Shown here: positions 47,632 to 56,582 of the stretch, piece by piece
Numbering within the stretch: the stretch's first letter is position 1
Layout: every line of letters begins with the position of its first letter
Origin: a virus
Taxonomy: Duplodnaviria; Heunggongvirae; Uroviricota; Caudoviricetes
Reading direction: 5' to 3' (one strand)
IMG/VR virus record: IMGVR_UViG_3300010882_000010
Length of the DNA stretch: 64,000 nucleotides
Made by a program: the position numbers and the translations under genes
The notes under the pieces: generated by a model
What the model saw: the letters and a program-made list of their open reading frames with translations, nothing else
The model's database searches: none
What the model was told of the DNA's origin: nothing

Positions 47632-48582
47632 ATGAATTTTGATATAATAATTTCTAATCCTCCTTTTAATAGTGGTACCACTAAAGCTGCTATTCCTATT
47701 TATAATTTAATTTTTGAAAAAATTAGAGAATATTCAGATAAAATAGTTTATTTAATACCAGTTAGATGGACTTCAGGTGGTAAAGGACTTGAGTATTTTA
47801 GAAAAAAAATTAAACAATCTAAAAGAATAAAATCAATAATAGATTATAATTTTCCATCATTATATCTTAAATTTAACGGATTTGATATTCGAGATGGTTT
47901 AATAATTTTAGATTATGATAAAAAATATCTAGGAATTTGTAATTATGAATATTATTCAAAAAATTATACCGAAATTATACAAAGAAGTTTAAATAATAAT
48001 ATTTCCGATTTTATTTTTAGAAATAGCATAGAAGAAAGTATTATATCAAAAATTTTTAATAATTCTACTAAATTTTTTGATAATTTTGTTTCATTTCGTT
48101 CTCCATTTGGAAATTTTACTAAGGTACAATTAAAAGAAAAAGAATTTAAAAATGCTATTAAAGTTTTCGCAACTAATGGTATTGGCGGAAATTGTAAAAG
48201 AGTAAAATATTGGATAGATAAAAATTTAGTTGTTAAAAATATTGAAAAAATTAAAAAATGGAAATTATTTCACGGAAAAGCAGGTTCTAAAAATTCTCAA
48301 GCAGAAATTATTTTAGGAAAACCTAATGAAATTTGTACTGAAAGTTTTTTAATGATAGATTTTGAAAGTGAGCAAGAATCTAAAAATTGTTTAGATTTTA
48401 TGCAAACTAAATTTTTTCAAATATTATTAAAAATAGGTAGATCAGGATATTCTATTTCAAAGAAAAGTTTTCAATTTATACCTTGGTTAGATTTTAATAA
48501 AATCTATACAGATGAATTTTTATTTAATCACTTTAATTTAGATAAAAAAGAAATTCAATATATAATAAAAGAAATTAAGTAA
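47632..48582 (+). CDS. Eco57I-like N6-adenine MTase C-terminal half (motif IV plus TRD, no motif I)
   Basis: Begins MNFDIIISNPPF; LIPVRWTSGGKGL, ICTESFL, TKFF; no FxGxG SAM-binding motif found. Confidence 0.75.
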   Translation: MNFDIIISNPPFNSGTTKAAIPIYNLIFEKIREYSDKIVYLIPVRWTSGGKGLEYFRKKIKQSKRIKSIIDYNFPSLYLKFNGFDIRDGLIILDYDKKYLGICNYEYYSKNYTEIIQRSLNNNISDFIFRNSIEESIISKIFNNSTKFFDNFVSFRSPFGNFTKVQLKEKEFKNAIKVFATNGIGGNCKRVKYWIDKNLVVKNIEKIKKWKLFHGKAGSKNSQAEIILGKPNEICTESFLMIDFESEQESKNCLDFMQTKFFQILLKIGRSGYSISKKSFQFIPWLDFNKIYTDEFLFNHFNLDKKEIQYIIKEIK

Positions 48583-48944
48583 TGATTTCAGAAATATATG
48601 CAAAACTTCCAGATGATGTAACTTTTCAAGAAGATTTTATAATTCATTCAGATGTATATGAGTCTATTTTACAAAAAGTTAGAATGATTCTTTTTACAAA
48701 TAGAGGTGAAATTTTAGGTGATCCAAATTTTGGAGTTAGTCTTACAGAGTATGTTTTTGCATTAAATGCAAGTAATCAAACTATTAAAAAAGAAATTGAG
48801 GAACAAATTTCACATTATATTCCTGAAGCTCTTTATATTGATATTTCAGTAAATGTTACTTTTCGACAAGAAAATTTTCAAGATGTTTGTTATATTGATA
48901 TTCGTATTGATGGAACAGATGCAATGCGACTTTTAGTTTCTTAA
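48582..48944 (+). CDS. gp25: Baseplate wedge protein, gp25-like
   Basis: ILFTNRGEILGDPNFGVSL.EYVF. Confidence 0.8.
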   Translation: MISEIYAKLPDDVTFQEDFIIHSDVYESILQKVRMILFTNRGEILGDPNFGVSLTEYVFALNASNQTIKKEIEEQISHYIPEALYIDISVNVTFRQENFQDVCYIDIRIDGTDAMRLLVS

Positions 48945-48954
48945 CTTTTAAATT

Positions 48955-49008
48955 GTTAGTAAATTTTTTCTTTTTTAACGTTTTATATCAAACTTTTTAG
49001 TATTTTTG
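48955..49008 (+). promoter_or_regulatory. Class I bipartite early promoter
   Basis: GTTAGTAAA at 48955, TATTTTTG at +46. Confidence 0.65.
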
Positions 49009-49039
49009 TATTTAAATTAAAGTTTAAATATTAAAATAG

Positions 49040-49150
49040 ATGACGTTATTAGAATTTTATAATGCACCTCAATTTCAAGGTAAATCTGGACTTTATCTTT
49101 TATATTATAAAAACGAAGGCAAAAAATATTATAAATATAGATTTACTTAA
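49040..49150 (+). pseudogene. Possible GIY-YIG N-terminal stub (36 aa)
   Basis: KSGLYLLYYKNEGKKYY resembles KSGIY...YIG. Confidence 0.3.
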
Positions 49151-49167
49151 AGATATTAAATAATTTT

Positions 49168-49443
49168 ATGCACTACAAAATAGAAATTAAAGGATCAGAA
49201 AGAGATATTTTTACACCATTACAACAAGCAAAGAAAATTACAGAAGCTTTAAAATTAGAGTTTCTTTGTGTTGATTTTGCAATTTGGGACCAAGAAGCAT
49301 ATCTATCTTATGATAAGTACTTTTCAATAACAGTTAGACCAACTTCAGATGTTTTAGATTTGTATCAAATTTGGGAATACAAAAATAAAGAAGAACTTGC
49401 GAAAGTAAAAGATGAAATCAAAAAGAAAGAAAAAGAATCATGA
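49168..49443 (+). CDS. Hypothetical protein
   Basis: Intact ORF. Confidence 0.65.
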   Translation: MHYKIEIKGSERDIFTPLQQAKKITEALKLEFLCVDFAIWDQEAYLSYDKYFSITVRPTSDVLDLYQIWEYKNKEELAKVKDEIKKKEKES

Positions 49444-49519
49444 TGTTATTGGTAATTCTTTTTGTTGTTTACATCTTATCACTTTTACTTGGTCTTTTAC
49501 TTTCACCAAAAGAATTTAA

Positions 49520-50305
49520 ATGAATTTTAATTGTATCATAATGAATCCACCTTATGGAGATTTGCACTTACCAATACTTGTACAGTCTCTTAAAATTTCA
49601 ACTAATGTAATTAGTTTGCAGCCGGTTAGATGGTTGCAGGATCCTCTTAGTTCTTTTAAATCATTTTCAGATTACAAAAAGTTTTCATATCTATCAGTAC
49701 ATGTTGCTCATTTAATTTCTAAGAATATTGCATCAGAACAGTTTGATGCAGTAATAACAATGGATTTAGGAATTTACACTACTAATCATAATTTTCCATC
49801 TGTTCAACTTTATGATACTGAAGTTTTTGCAAAAATTAAACCATTTCTAAGTACTCCAATTGTACTTTATCAAGAATCTTTACATCAAGAACAGTATTTT
49901 GTACCAATTAGAGACTTTTTGCCGGTTAATAGAATTAAACATCGGTATGAAGTTTGTTATTCTTACTTAGACATCATCCACAAAGGTAAAATTCAATCCG
50001 GTTTAACAATTCAAGAAGCAATTATTCAGAATAAGCAAGTTACACAAGGAATGGATAATAAAAAGATTTTAGGAGTTGTTTTTCAGACACTTAATGAAGC
50101 ACAGAATTTTAGAACTTCTACTTTTAGTACTTTCTATCAATATTGTGTTTTAACTTTAATGACAGATGTTCATGTTTATCACAAATGGTTGCCATATATG
50201 CTTGATTATGAAGAACCTTGGATTGATGAAAGATTTTATCAGTATTTTAAGATATCAAAGAAAAAACAAAAAGAGATAGAAACTAAAATACTACCACACA
50301 AATGA
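49520..50305 (+). CDS. Second N6-adenine MTase C-terminal half (motif IV plus TRD)
   Basis: Begins MNFNCIIMNPPY; LQPVRWL; ends WLPY.LDYEEPW.DERFYQYF. Confidence 0.7.
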   Translation: MNFNCIIMNPPYGDLHLPILVQSLKISTNVISLQPVRWLQDPLSSFKSFSDYKKFSYLSVHVAHLISKNIASEQFDAVITMDLGIYTTNHNFPSVQLYDTEVFAKIKPFLSTPIVLYQESLHQEQYFVPIRDFLPVNRIKHRYEVCYSYLDIIHKGKIQSGLTIQEAIIQNKQVTQGMDNKKILGVVFQTLNEAQNFRTSTFSTFYQYCVLTLMTDVHVYHKWLPYMLDYEEPWIDERFYQYFKISKKKQKEIETKILPHK

Positions 50306-50748
50306 AACAACTTAAAATTGATAATGAAGCATTTGAGATTGATGATAATATCTTTGAATTGATTAAATTACTTAATGAAATTGGTATTAAGACTTTTGCA
50401 TGTTGTGAAGGACATCCATATGGTGAGCACTATAATGACTATTATTCTGAAAAAGAGTGTCAATTTTACATCGCTTTTGATGAATGCATGAATTTTGGAT
50501 TTATGCTTAACTTTATTAACAATTATCTCATCTATGAACCGTTTTCATTTACTACTGTAGTTCAATTTATTACAGAACAATTTCCTGTTTGTGACAGTAA
50601 AGAATTAAGATGGGTTTTTAGAATTACTTACCGAAATGAAGATAAAGAATTAATAATGGATTACATCAATAATATTGTAGTTACTAGAATTAAGAAAGCA
50701 CAGAAAAAATTAATGAAAATGTTAAAGTACAAGAAAGCAGATTGTTAG
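50302..50748 (+). CDS. Hypothetical protein (IDxxI..LN..G..T..CCEGH family)
   Basis: Motif loosely TYW3-like. Confidence 0.65.
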   Translation: MKQLKIDNEAFEIDDNIFELIKLLNEIGIKTFACCEGHPYGEHYNDYYSEKECQFYIAFDECMNFGFMLNFINNYLIYEPFSFTTVVQFITEQFPVCDSKELRWVFRITYRNEDKELIMDYINNIVVTRIKKAQKKLMKMLKYKKADC

Positions 50749-50797
50749 TAACTTTTTCTAAATTTTGAGTTTTGTGTCAGTATTTTTAGTATTTTTG
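50744..50797 (+). promoter_or_regulatory. Class I bipartite early promoter
   Basis: GTTAGTAAC at 50744, TATTTTTG at +46; spacer nearly identical to the 29261 copy. Confidence 0.7.
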
Positions 50798-50817
50798 TAC
50801 TATCAAAATTTAACAAA

Positions 50818-51045
50818 ATGACAAAAGAAAAAGAAGAAATTATCAATAGTATGATAGTAATTGCTGATGAAAAGCAATTACTATTAGAGGAAATTTACGA
50901 CGAATTTCCTGGTATTAAAAGACAAGAAACTTGTCCGTCTTCACTTTTTTAGTCTAATTATGGTCAATTAATCGGAATGGTTAAGATGATGGAGGTTGTT
51001 AATATTGATACAAGAAAATACGAGAAAACATTAGACAAATTTTAA
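50818..51045 (+). pseudogene. Hypothetical gene with in-frame TAG at 50950-50952
   Basis: 44 codons, TAG, then 30 codons to TAA just before the next ATG. Confidence 0.45.
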
Positions 51046-51048
51046 GTT

Positions 51049-51249
51049 ATGGAATTTAAGTTTAAAGTAAAAGATGAGGTAATTAAATCTGATGAGCCAT
51101 ATGAAATGGGAGAAGGTTGTGAGTGGAAAATATTACAAATGTGGCATAATTCTTGGTCTCATACGAATGAATACTTAATTGAAGGTGGTTATTGTAATCA
51201 GTTTCATGAAGTGGTAATAGAAGATAAAATTGAATTATTAGGTACTTAA
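51049..51249 (+). CDS. Hypothetical protein
   Basis: Intact ORF. Confidence 0.6.
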   Translation: MEFKFKVKDEVIKSDEPYEMGEGCEWKILQMWHNSWSHTNEYLIEGGYCNQFHEVVIEDKIELLGT

Positions 51250-51261
51250 AAATTAAGAATT

Positions 51262-52296
51262 ATGGGAGGTAAAGCTATGGCTCTTCATGGAGTCCAAACA
51301 GAAAGAAAATCAACAGAAGATCATTTGAGAATTCAAAGTGAATTAGTTCCTGTTATTGCTGAAATGTTTAAAACTGAAGTAAAAACAGTTCTTTTTTACA
51401 GAACTAAAGATTCTCATGGTGATCTTGATTTGCTTGTGTTAAATAATGGAAATTTAGGTAATATCAACAACAAATTAAAAGAACGATTTGGAGTTATGAA
51501 CAATAATGGAGGTGTTTGCTTTTCTTTTGCATATGATAATTACCAAGTAGATGTAATTCCAATTTCGAAAGAAAGTTGGATGTGTACCGATTTTTTTAAC
51601 TATGATCCTAGCGGGAATTTGTGTGGTAAAATAGCTCACAAGTTTGGTGCTAAATTTGGTAATAATGGCTTGGAATATCCATTTCGTAACTTTTCTGGTA
51701 GGCTTTCAAAGGATTTGGTAATTACAAAAGACCATAGAAAAGCTTTAGAGTTTTTGGGTTTTGATTATGAAAGGTATGCACAAGGTTTTGACACAGTAGA
51801 AGAAATTTTTGAATGGGTAATCAGTTCAAAGTATTTCAATTTAGAAATTTTTCAAATTGAAGCACTTGGTCATAAAGATCGTTTAAGACAAAGAAAACGT
51901 GATACTTACAATAAATTTTTAGAGTACATAGCAGCAAAAAATTTGACAAATCCTTGGGTGTTTGAAAAGGATAAATCGGTTTATCTTGATAAAATCGAAG
52001 AAGCTTTTCCAGAATCAAAGTTGAAAGAAAAGCTTGCAAAATTAAAAGAAGAAGACGATTTAAACAAATTATCATCTGAAAAGTTTAATGGTAGTTTAGT
52101 TATGGAATGGACCGGTTTACAAGGTAAAGAACTTGGAAATTGTCTTAGTGATTTTAGAAGTGAAGTTTGTTCTTCAATAGGTGAAATTAGATTTAGAGAT
52201 TTCATCTTAAATTTTGAAGATGATGCAGATATTAGAACCTATTTTGACGGTTGGTATTCACTTAATAAAGAACGTTATGATAACAGTAGCAGATAA
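51262..52296 (+). CDS. Pol-beta/PolX-type nucleotidyltransferase with CCA-enzyme-like tail
   Basis: YRTKDSHGDLDLLV, YQVDVI, AHKFGAKFGNNGL; tail NGSLVMEWTGLQGKELG. Confidence 0.6.
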   Translation: MGGKAMALHGVQTERKSTEDHLRIQSELVPVIAEMFKTEVKTVLFYRTKDSHGDLDLLVLNNGNLGNINNKLKERFGVMNNNGGVCFSFAYDNYQVDVIPISKESWMCTDFFNYDPSGNLCGKIAHKFGAKFGNNGLEYPFRNFSGRLSKDLVITKDHRKALEFLGFDYERYAQGFDTVEEIFEWVISSKYFNLEIFQIEALGHKDRLRQRKRDTYNKFLEYIAAKNLTNPWVFEKDKSVYLDKIEEAFPESKLKEKLAKLKEEDDLNKLSSEKFNGSLVMEWTGLQGKELGNCLSDFRSEVCSSIGEIRFRDFILNFEDDADIRTYFDGWYSLNKERYDNSSR

Positions 52297-52492
52297 TTGT
52301 TATGGACTTTTAATAGCCGATGTAAACAACTTTAAGATTTGTGCTAATTGTAGGTACTTTATGCGAGGTTGTATTGAAACACAGTGCATAAAGAATGGTT
52401 ATGAAGGACACGCCGAACCAGAAGATACTGACTGTGAAAATTTTAGATTTTCTACAGAAGCAGAAGTATTTCTTAGAAATTTAGTTGGATAA
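52259..52492 (+). CDS. Small Cys-rich protein
   Basis: ICANCRYF..C..C; start uncertain (ATG at 52277 also possible). Confidence 0.5.
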   Translation, partial: HLIKNVMITVADNCYGLLIADVNNFKICANCRYFMRGCIETQCIKNGYEGHAEPEDTDCENFRFSTEAEVFLRNLVG

Positions 52493-52508
52493 TTTTAAAA
52501 ATTAAGAT

Positions 52509-52811
52509 ATGAGTACAACTTTTGGAATTTTAATGGTAGAAGATGCTAAAATTGAAGACATCTTACTACAGTTGCCAAAATCATCAATGAAAAATCTTCT
52601 TAGAGAAGAGATGTTTGAAACAGTTGCTTTTCGAGATTCTTCCGGTGTTTACTATCGTGGAATGGGTGAAAAATTTGCAAGAATTTTACCAGAAGATACA
52701 GAAGTTTATGCTTTAGATAATTCTCAACAAGGTATTGAAACTCTTAGAGATTTGAAAATTGAAATTGAACATACTAAGAATGGTGGGTATGGAGAAAGCA
52801 CATACAAGTAA
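52509..52811 (+). CDS. Hypothetical protein
   Basis: Intact ORF. Confidence 0.65.
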   Translation: MSTTFGILMVEDAKIEDILLQLPKSSMKNLLREEMFETVAFRDSSGVYYRGMGEKFARILPEDTEVYALDNSQQGIETLRDLKIEIEHTKNGGYGESTYK

Positions 52812-52840
52812 AACTTTTTCTGTTTTGTGTGTTTAAAATT
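52811..52840 (+). promoter_or_regulatory. Class II putative promoter
   Basis: AAACTTTTT-N9-GTGTTTAAAATT. Confidence 0.45.
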
Positions 52841-52865
52841 ACTTAGAAACTAAAAAGAACTCAAT

Positions 52866-53765
52866 ATGGACTTAACAAACTTTAGACAATTTTACCTCCA
52901 AGTTCCTAAATTAGGGGAGGTTTTTCATTTTTGTGATTATGATAGACCAAATACAACAGAAACTTTTTTGATGTGTGTACCTGAAGAGAAGTTGTGTAGT
53001 TGTGAAGGTTGTTATTTTAAAGATCTTTGGGATGACGCAGAAGAACAATGTACTTTGGTTAGATATTGTAGTAGTTGTAGAAGAGAAGAAGCAAGTGAAG
53101 AATGGAGACAAGGTGAAGTTAATGATAATGTGATATTTATTGATATTCCTAATATGCAAGGGATAGAAATGAGAATAGGAGATACTTTCAAATTTGGAAA
53201 CAAAACTTTAGTAACTATTGGAGCAAAAGAAAATAATGGACATGAAAATTGTCATCTTTGTTATGGTAAGGAATTTCATACACCAATTTGTGATTTGTTA
53301 CCATGTTGTCAGTACAGTTTTGTTTTTCAAGATCTTAGTAAAATGCCAATTCTAGAAGAAGGAATGAATATTGTAAAAAATGAACTAGCGATTAGAGTAG
53401 TTAAAAGACCTATGATAACAAAAGAAAAGTTTGTTGAATTGTGTGGAATGATAGAAAAGCAAGAAAAGAAAGATCATGAATTTGCAGATTTCATGGAAAA
53501 TTATCTTGATGGCAGGTTTATTCCGGTAATGAATGAAACAAATAATTTAGTAATTGAACAGTTAATGAATGCTGTTTTTCATGACTCTGAAAATGATGAG
53601 TATGGATACACTTGGTGGAGTTGGTTTGTGTATGAGTGTGATTTAGGCAAGAAACCTATGGAAGCACGATTTGGTAGGAAAACTTTTGTAGTAGATTCAC
53701 CGGAAGTTTTTTACGATTTTATGGTACTTTGGCTTGAATGGGAACCTGAAGTTAAAAAAGCATAA
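52866..53765 (+). CDS. Multidomain protein with two Cys-rich modules
   Basis: CEGCYF..C..C and CHLCY..C..C; C-terminal WFVYECDLG domain. Confidence 0.7.
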   Translation: MDLTNFRQFYLQVPKLGEVFHFCDYDRPNTTETFLMCVPEEKLCSCEGCYFKDLWDDAEEQCTLVRYCSSCRREEASEEWRQGEVNDNVIFIDIPNMQGIEMRIGDTFKFGNKTLVTIGAKENNGHENCHLCYGKEFHTPICDLLPCCQYSFVFQDLSKMPILEEGMNIVKNELAIRVVKRPMITKEKFVELCGMIEKQEKKDHEFADFMENYLDGRFIPVMNETNNLVIEQLMNAVFHDSENDEYGYTWWSWFVYECDLGKKPMEARFGRKTFVVDSPEVFYDFMVLWLEWEPEVKKA

Positions 53766-53767
53766 TA

Positions 53768-54112
53768 ATGGAACAACAAAGTTTAGAAGAAATTTTAGGT
53801 CCAGGTGAGGATCATTACATGAATATTACAAAAGAGTACATCATTTGTGCAGCTATTAAACGGTTAGTACCAAGAGATTTACCAGGTATGTATTGGACTA
53901 ATGACATCTGTGATATTGAAATTGGTTTTAGACATCATGATATAATGAGGAGATTTCCAGAGGAAGTTAGTAGAAAACTTGAAGATCAAGGATTTTACAC
54001 CTCAAAAGGAAGATATGTTAATAGAATAGAAGGAATGGAAGTTGCAATAGCTTGTGGACAAGTTTGCAAAACCGGTTTTAAAGAACTTTATTCTGAAGAT
54101 ATCTACCAATGA
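53768..54112 (+). CDS. Phage hypothetical protein
   Basis: IICAAI..GFRH..QGFYTSKGRYVNR. Confidence 0.7.
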   Translation: MEQQSLEEILGPGEDHYMNITKEYIICAAIKRLVPRDLPGMYWTNDICDIEIGFRHHDIMRRFPEEVSRKLEDQGFYTSKGRYVNRIEGMEVAIACGQVCKTGFKELYSEDIYQ

Positions 54113-54172
54113 AATTAGAGATTTTTTAATTTGGCAAAAGTTTGTCAATAACACTCTCCAGAAAAACTGGAG

Positions 54173-54180
54173 TAAATAAT
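54173..54180 (+). promoter_or_regulatory. Putative late promoter (TAAATAAT) preceded by two small hairpins
   Basis: TTGGCAAA-AG-TTTGTCAA and CTCCAG-AAAAA-CTGGAG lie upstream. Confidence 0.4.
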
Positions 54181-54202
54181 AGTATTAACGAAAATTAAAC
54201 GA

Positions 54203-54946
54203 ATGGAAGAAACTAATCCAAGTAGACTTGATGGTTTAAATTCAGTACCAGATGCGGAACAATTAATTCAACAAAATCCCATCATTATCAGTAGAGAAAA
54301 TCAAAAGAAATTCAGTTGGAAACGATTTTTAATTAACACTTTATTATCAATTGTTTCTGTAGTAGCTTTAGGAATGGGTATTATTTTGTACCTTGCTTTC
54401 AAAAAAGATGTTTACAACCACAATTACAAAGCTGAAATTGAGTTAAACCATTGGAAGTACAAATCTGCAGTTGTAGATGCAATGCAAGGATTCATGGATT
54501 CTAAAGTAAAAACACACAATATTTCGGCGCTTGTAATGTTAAATGCTTGTGATGAGTACAATATTGATCCAAGATTACCATTGTGTCAAGGACTGTTAGA
54601 ATCTCATTATGGAACAACCGGTTTAGCAAGACACACTAACTCAGTTTTTAATATGGGGGCTTATGATGGCAGACCATTAGATCAAATTTCAGGTAGGTGG
54701 AAGTATGCACATCCTAATCAAAGTATTGATCCATACTTAAAGAAATTGAGGAAAACTTATCTTGGTCATTCTAAAACAGAAGAGGATCTTTTGAAAAATT
54801 TTGTGAATTTAAGTAACAAGAGATATGCTACTTACGAAAAGTATGAACAAGATTTGTTACTAATTTGGAATGAAATCAATGCAACTACAGATTTAGATAG
54901 CTTAATAAGAAATTATCAGTATTCTAAGGTAGAACTTGGAAGATAA
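54203..54946 (+). CDS. GH73 glucosaminidase-like muralytic enzyme with N-terminal TM
   Basis: QGLLESHYG (catalytic Glu), NSVFNMG, RYAT..Y; TM at about aa 42-64. Confidence 0.75.
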   Translation: MEETNPSRLDGLNSVPDAEQLIQQNPIIISRENQKKFSWKRFLINTLLSIVSVVALGMGIILYLAFKKDVYNHNYKAEIELNHWKYKSAVVDAMQGFMDSKVKTHNISALVMLNACDEYNIDPRLPLCQGLLESHYGTTGLARHTNSVFNMGAYDGRPLDQISGRWKYAHPNQSIDPYLKKLRKTYLGHSKTEEDLLKNFVNLSNKRYATYEKYEQDLLLIWNEINATTDLDSLIRNYQYSKVELGR

Positions 54947-54950
54947 AACA

Positions 54951-54980
54951 AAACTTTTTCTTTATTGCGTGTAATAATAA
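54951..54980 (+). promoter_or_regulatory. Class II putative promoter
   Basis: AAACTTTTT-N9-GTGTAATAATAA. Confidence 0.5.
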
Positions 54981-54999
54981 CAATAAAATTATTACACCT

Positions 55000-55210
55000 A
55001 TGATTGAAATTAAAAAAACATGGTAAAGCTATTGAACCATTAAATTTTGTTTGTCCTAATTGTGAATGTGAATTTTCTGCCGGAATTAAAGATTGTGAAG
55101 CAGTTTTTGGTAGATATTCTAAAATTCCATCATACTTGATTGCATGTCCAGAATGTATTGCAAAAGTAACTATAAAAATTAATGATGAAGTTAGCTACAA
55201 AAGAGATTAA
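55000..55210 (+). CDS. Zinc-ribbon protein; ATG 55000 is out of frame by one A in an A7 run
   Basis: CPNCECEF..CPEC; an A6 run would give MIEIKKHG...; TTG 55004 is the in-frame alternative. Confidence 0.55.
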
Positions 55211-55230
55211 ACTAATTAAACTATAATAAG

Positions 55231-55629
55231 ATGACAAAAGAAGAAACAAAATTAAAGATTAAAGAACTACGCAGGCAAGAAATTGAGGAAAATCCGATGA
55301 ATTGGCGTACAAGAAAACAATTACAAAATTATCTTTTTCCGAGAAATAATAAAGAATGGTGGGGTTGGGCAGATGAATTTTCTCAAAATACAAAAATTAC
55401 TGATTGGTGTTTAATTCAAGAACATCTTAGAATGATTGCAAGATTATTAAGAAAATTAGAATCTTTACCTGATGAATTATTATCAAGAGGTATGCAAAAT
55501 GATATTATTAAAGAAAGAGAAAGATATCATACTTTAAGAGAAATGTGGGAAGATACTGCTGATGTTCGTTCTGGAATATGTTCACCAAGAGGACCACATG
55601 TAACTAAAACTGTAAGAATAAACTCGTAA
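55231..55629 (+). CDS. Hypothetical protein
   Basis: Intact ORF. Confidence 0.65.
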   Translation: MTKEETKLKIKELRRQEIEENPMNWRTRKQLQNYLFPRNNKEWWGWADEFSQNTKITDWCLIQEHLRMIARLLRKLESLPDELLSRGMQNDIIKERERYHTLREMWEDTADVRSGICSPRGPHVTKTVRINS

Positions 55630-55649
55630 ACTAATTAAACTAGAATAAG

Positions 55650-56582
55650 ATGAAACAGATGACACAACTTGACACGTACAACGTGGCAGAACAACTAATT
55701 GAAGAGCATGGCTTTACTACATCTAAAGAAGTAACAGAAGCTCTTAGAAAAATGGATTTTTATGCAGCAGCAGGCTTGGTATCAAGATATCTAAAATTGA
55801 TTGCTGATAAAGAAGGATGGGATGTAGAATTTAATGGTCAATACCATATCTACGGTTATCCAGAACTTGTTGAAAAGGAAGAAGACTTAGATGATGAAAT
55901 GGATTGGGATGATGTAGATCCGGCACAATTTGCAGAAGATTTTTATGATCTTTGTGTTGATGAATTTGGAGATTTTGACTATGAAGAATCAAAAGATGCT
56001 ATTGAACAATATGCAATTGATGAATTAGGTAATGAAGATCCTGATGTGTCGATAAATTGGATAAAGGAAGTTTATGAAAGAATTAAAAGATATCAACCTA
56101 AATTAAAATTTACTCTTAATGATTTTGCATTATTGTTTGATGTAAAATGGACAGATGTTGTACATGATAACTATAGAATGGGAATAAATGGATATGAGAA
56201 AGTAGAGTCGAATGAAAAGGTGTACAATCAGATAAAGAACCAAGTTATTGAGAATGAAACAGAATGTCCCGATTTTAATGATACAGATGATTGTATTGAA
56301 TGTCAATATCCTACAGTAAATCAAGAAATTGAAGATGAAGACTATTTTCATGTTGAAGACAGAGATATTGCAGAAGGAACTTTAAAATATGCAGCTTGTG
56401 AATTAAAGAAAGCTTGTTACTTATCAGGTGAAAATGATTTTATGGAAGTTGTAGAATGGGTTTCAGGCGATGGTTATGATATCAAAGTTTATCAAGAACA
56501 TGAGGAAGAACCTGTTGTAATTGAAATGACAAAAGGTGAAATTCAATTGATGAATCTTTTAATTGCTAAAATTGAAGGATAA
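55650..56582 (+). CDS. Acidic multidomain hypothetical protein
   Basis: N-domain paralogous to 58628. Confidence 0.7.
   Translation: MKQMTQLDTYNVAEQLIEEHGFTTSKEVTEALRKMDFYAAAGLVSRYLKLIADKEGWDVEFNGQYHIYGYPELVEKEEDLDDEMDWDDVDPAQFAEDFYDLCVDEFGDFDYEESKDAIEQYAIDELGNEDPDVSINWIKEVYERIKRYQPKLKFTLNDFALLFDVKWTDVVHDNYRMGINGYEKVESNEKVYNQIKNQVIENETECPDFNDTDDCIECQYPTVNQEIEDEDYFHVEDRDIAEGTLKYAACELKKACYLSGENDFMEVVEWVSGDGYDIKVYQEHEEEPVVIEMTKGEIQLMNLLIAKIEG

Noticed and set aside
48182-48200. FATNGIGG in the 47632 ORF as a displaced MTase motif I
   Set aside because: Lacks the acidic/Pro context (D/E-P-x-x-G-x-G) and lies in the TRD-like region
54130-54172. N4-like hairpin promoters
   Set aside because: Only isolated small hairpins with no shared loop sequence across sites; no virion RNA polymerase in the window
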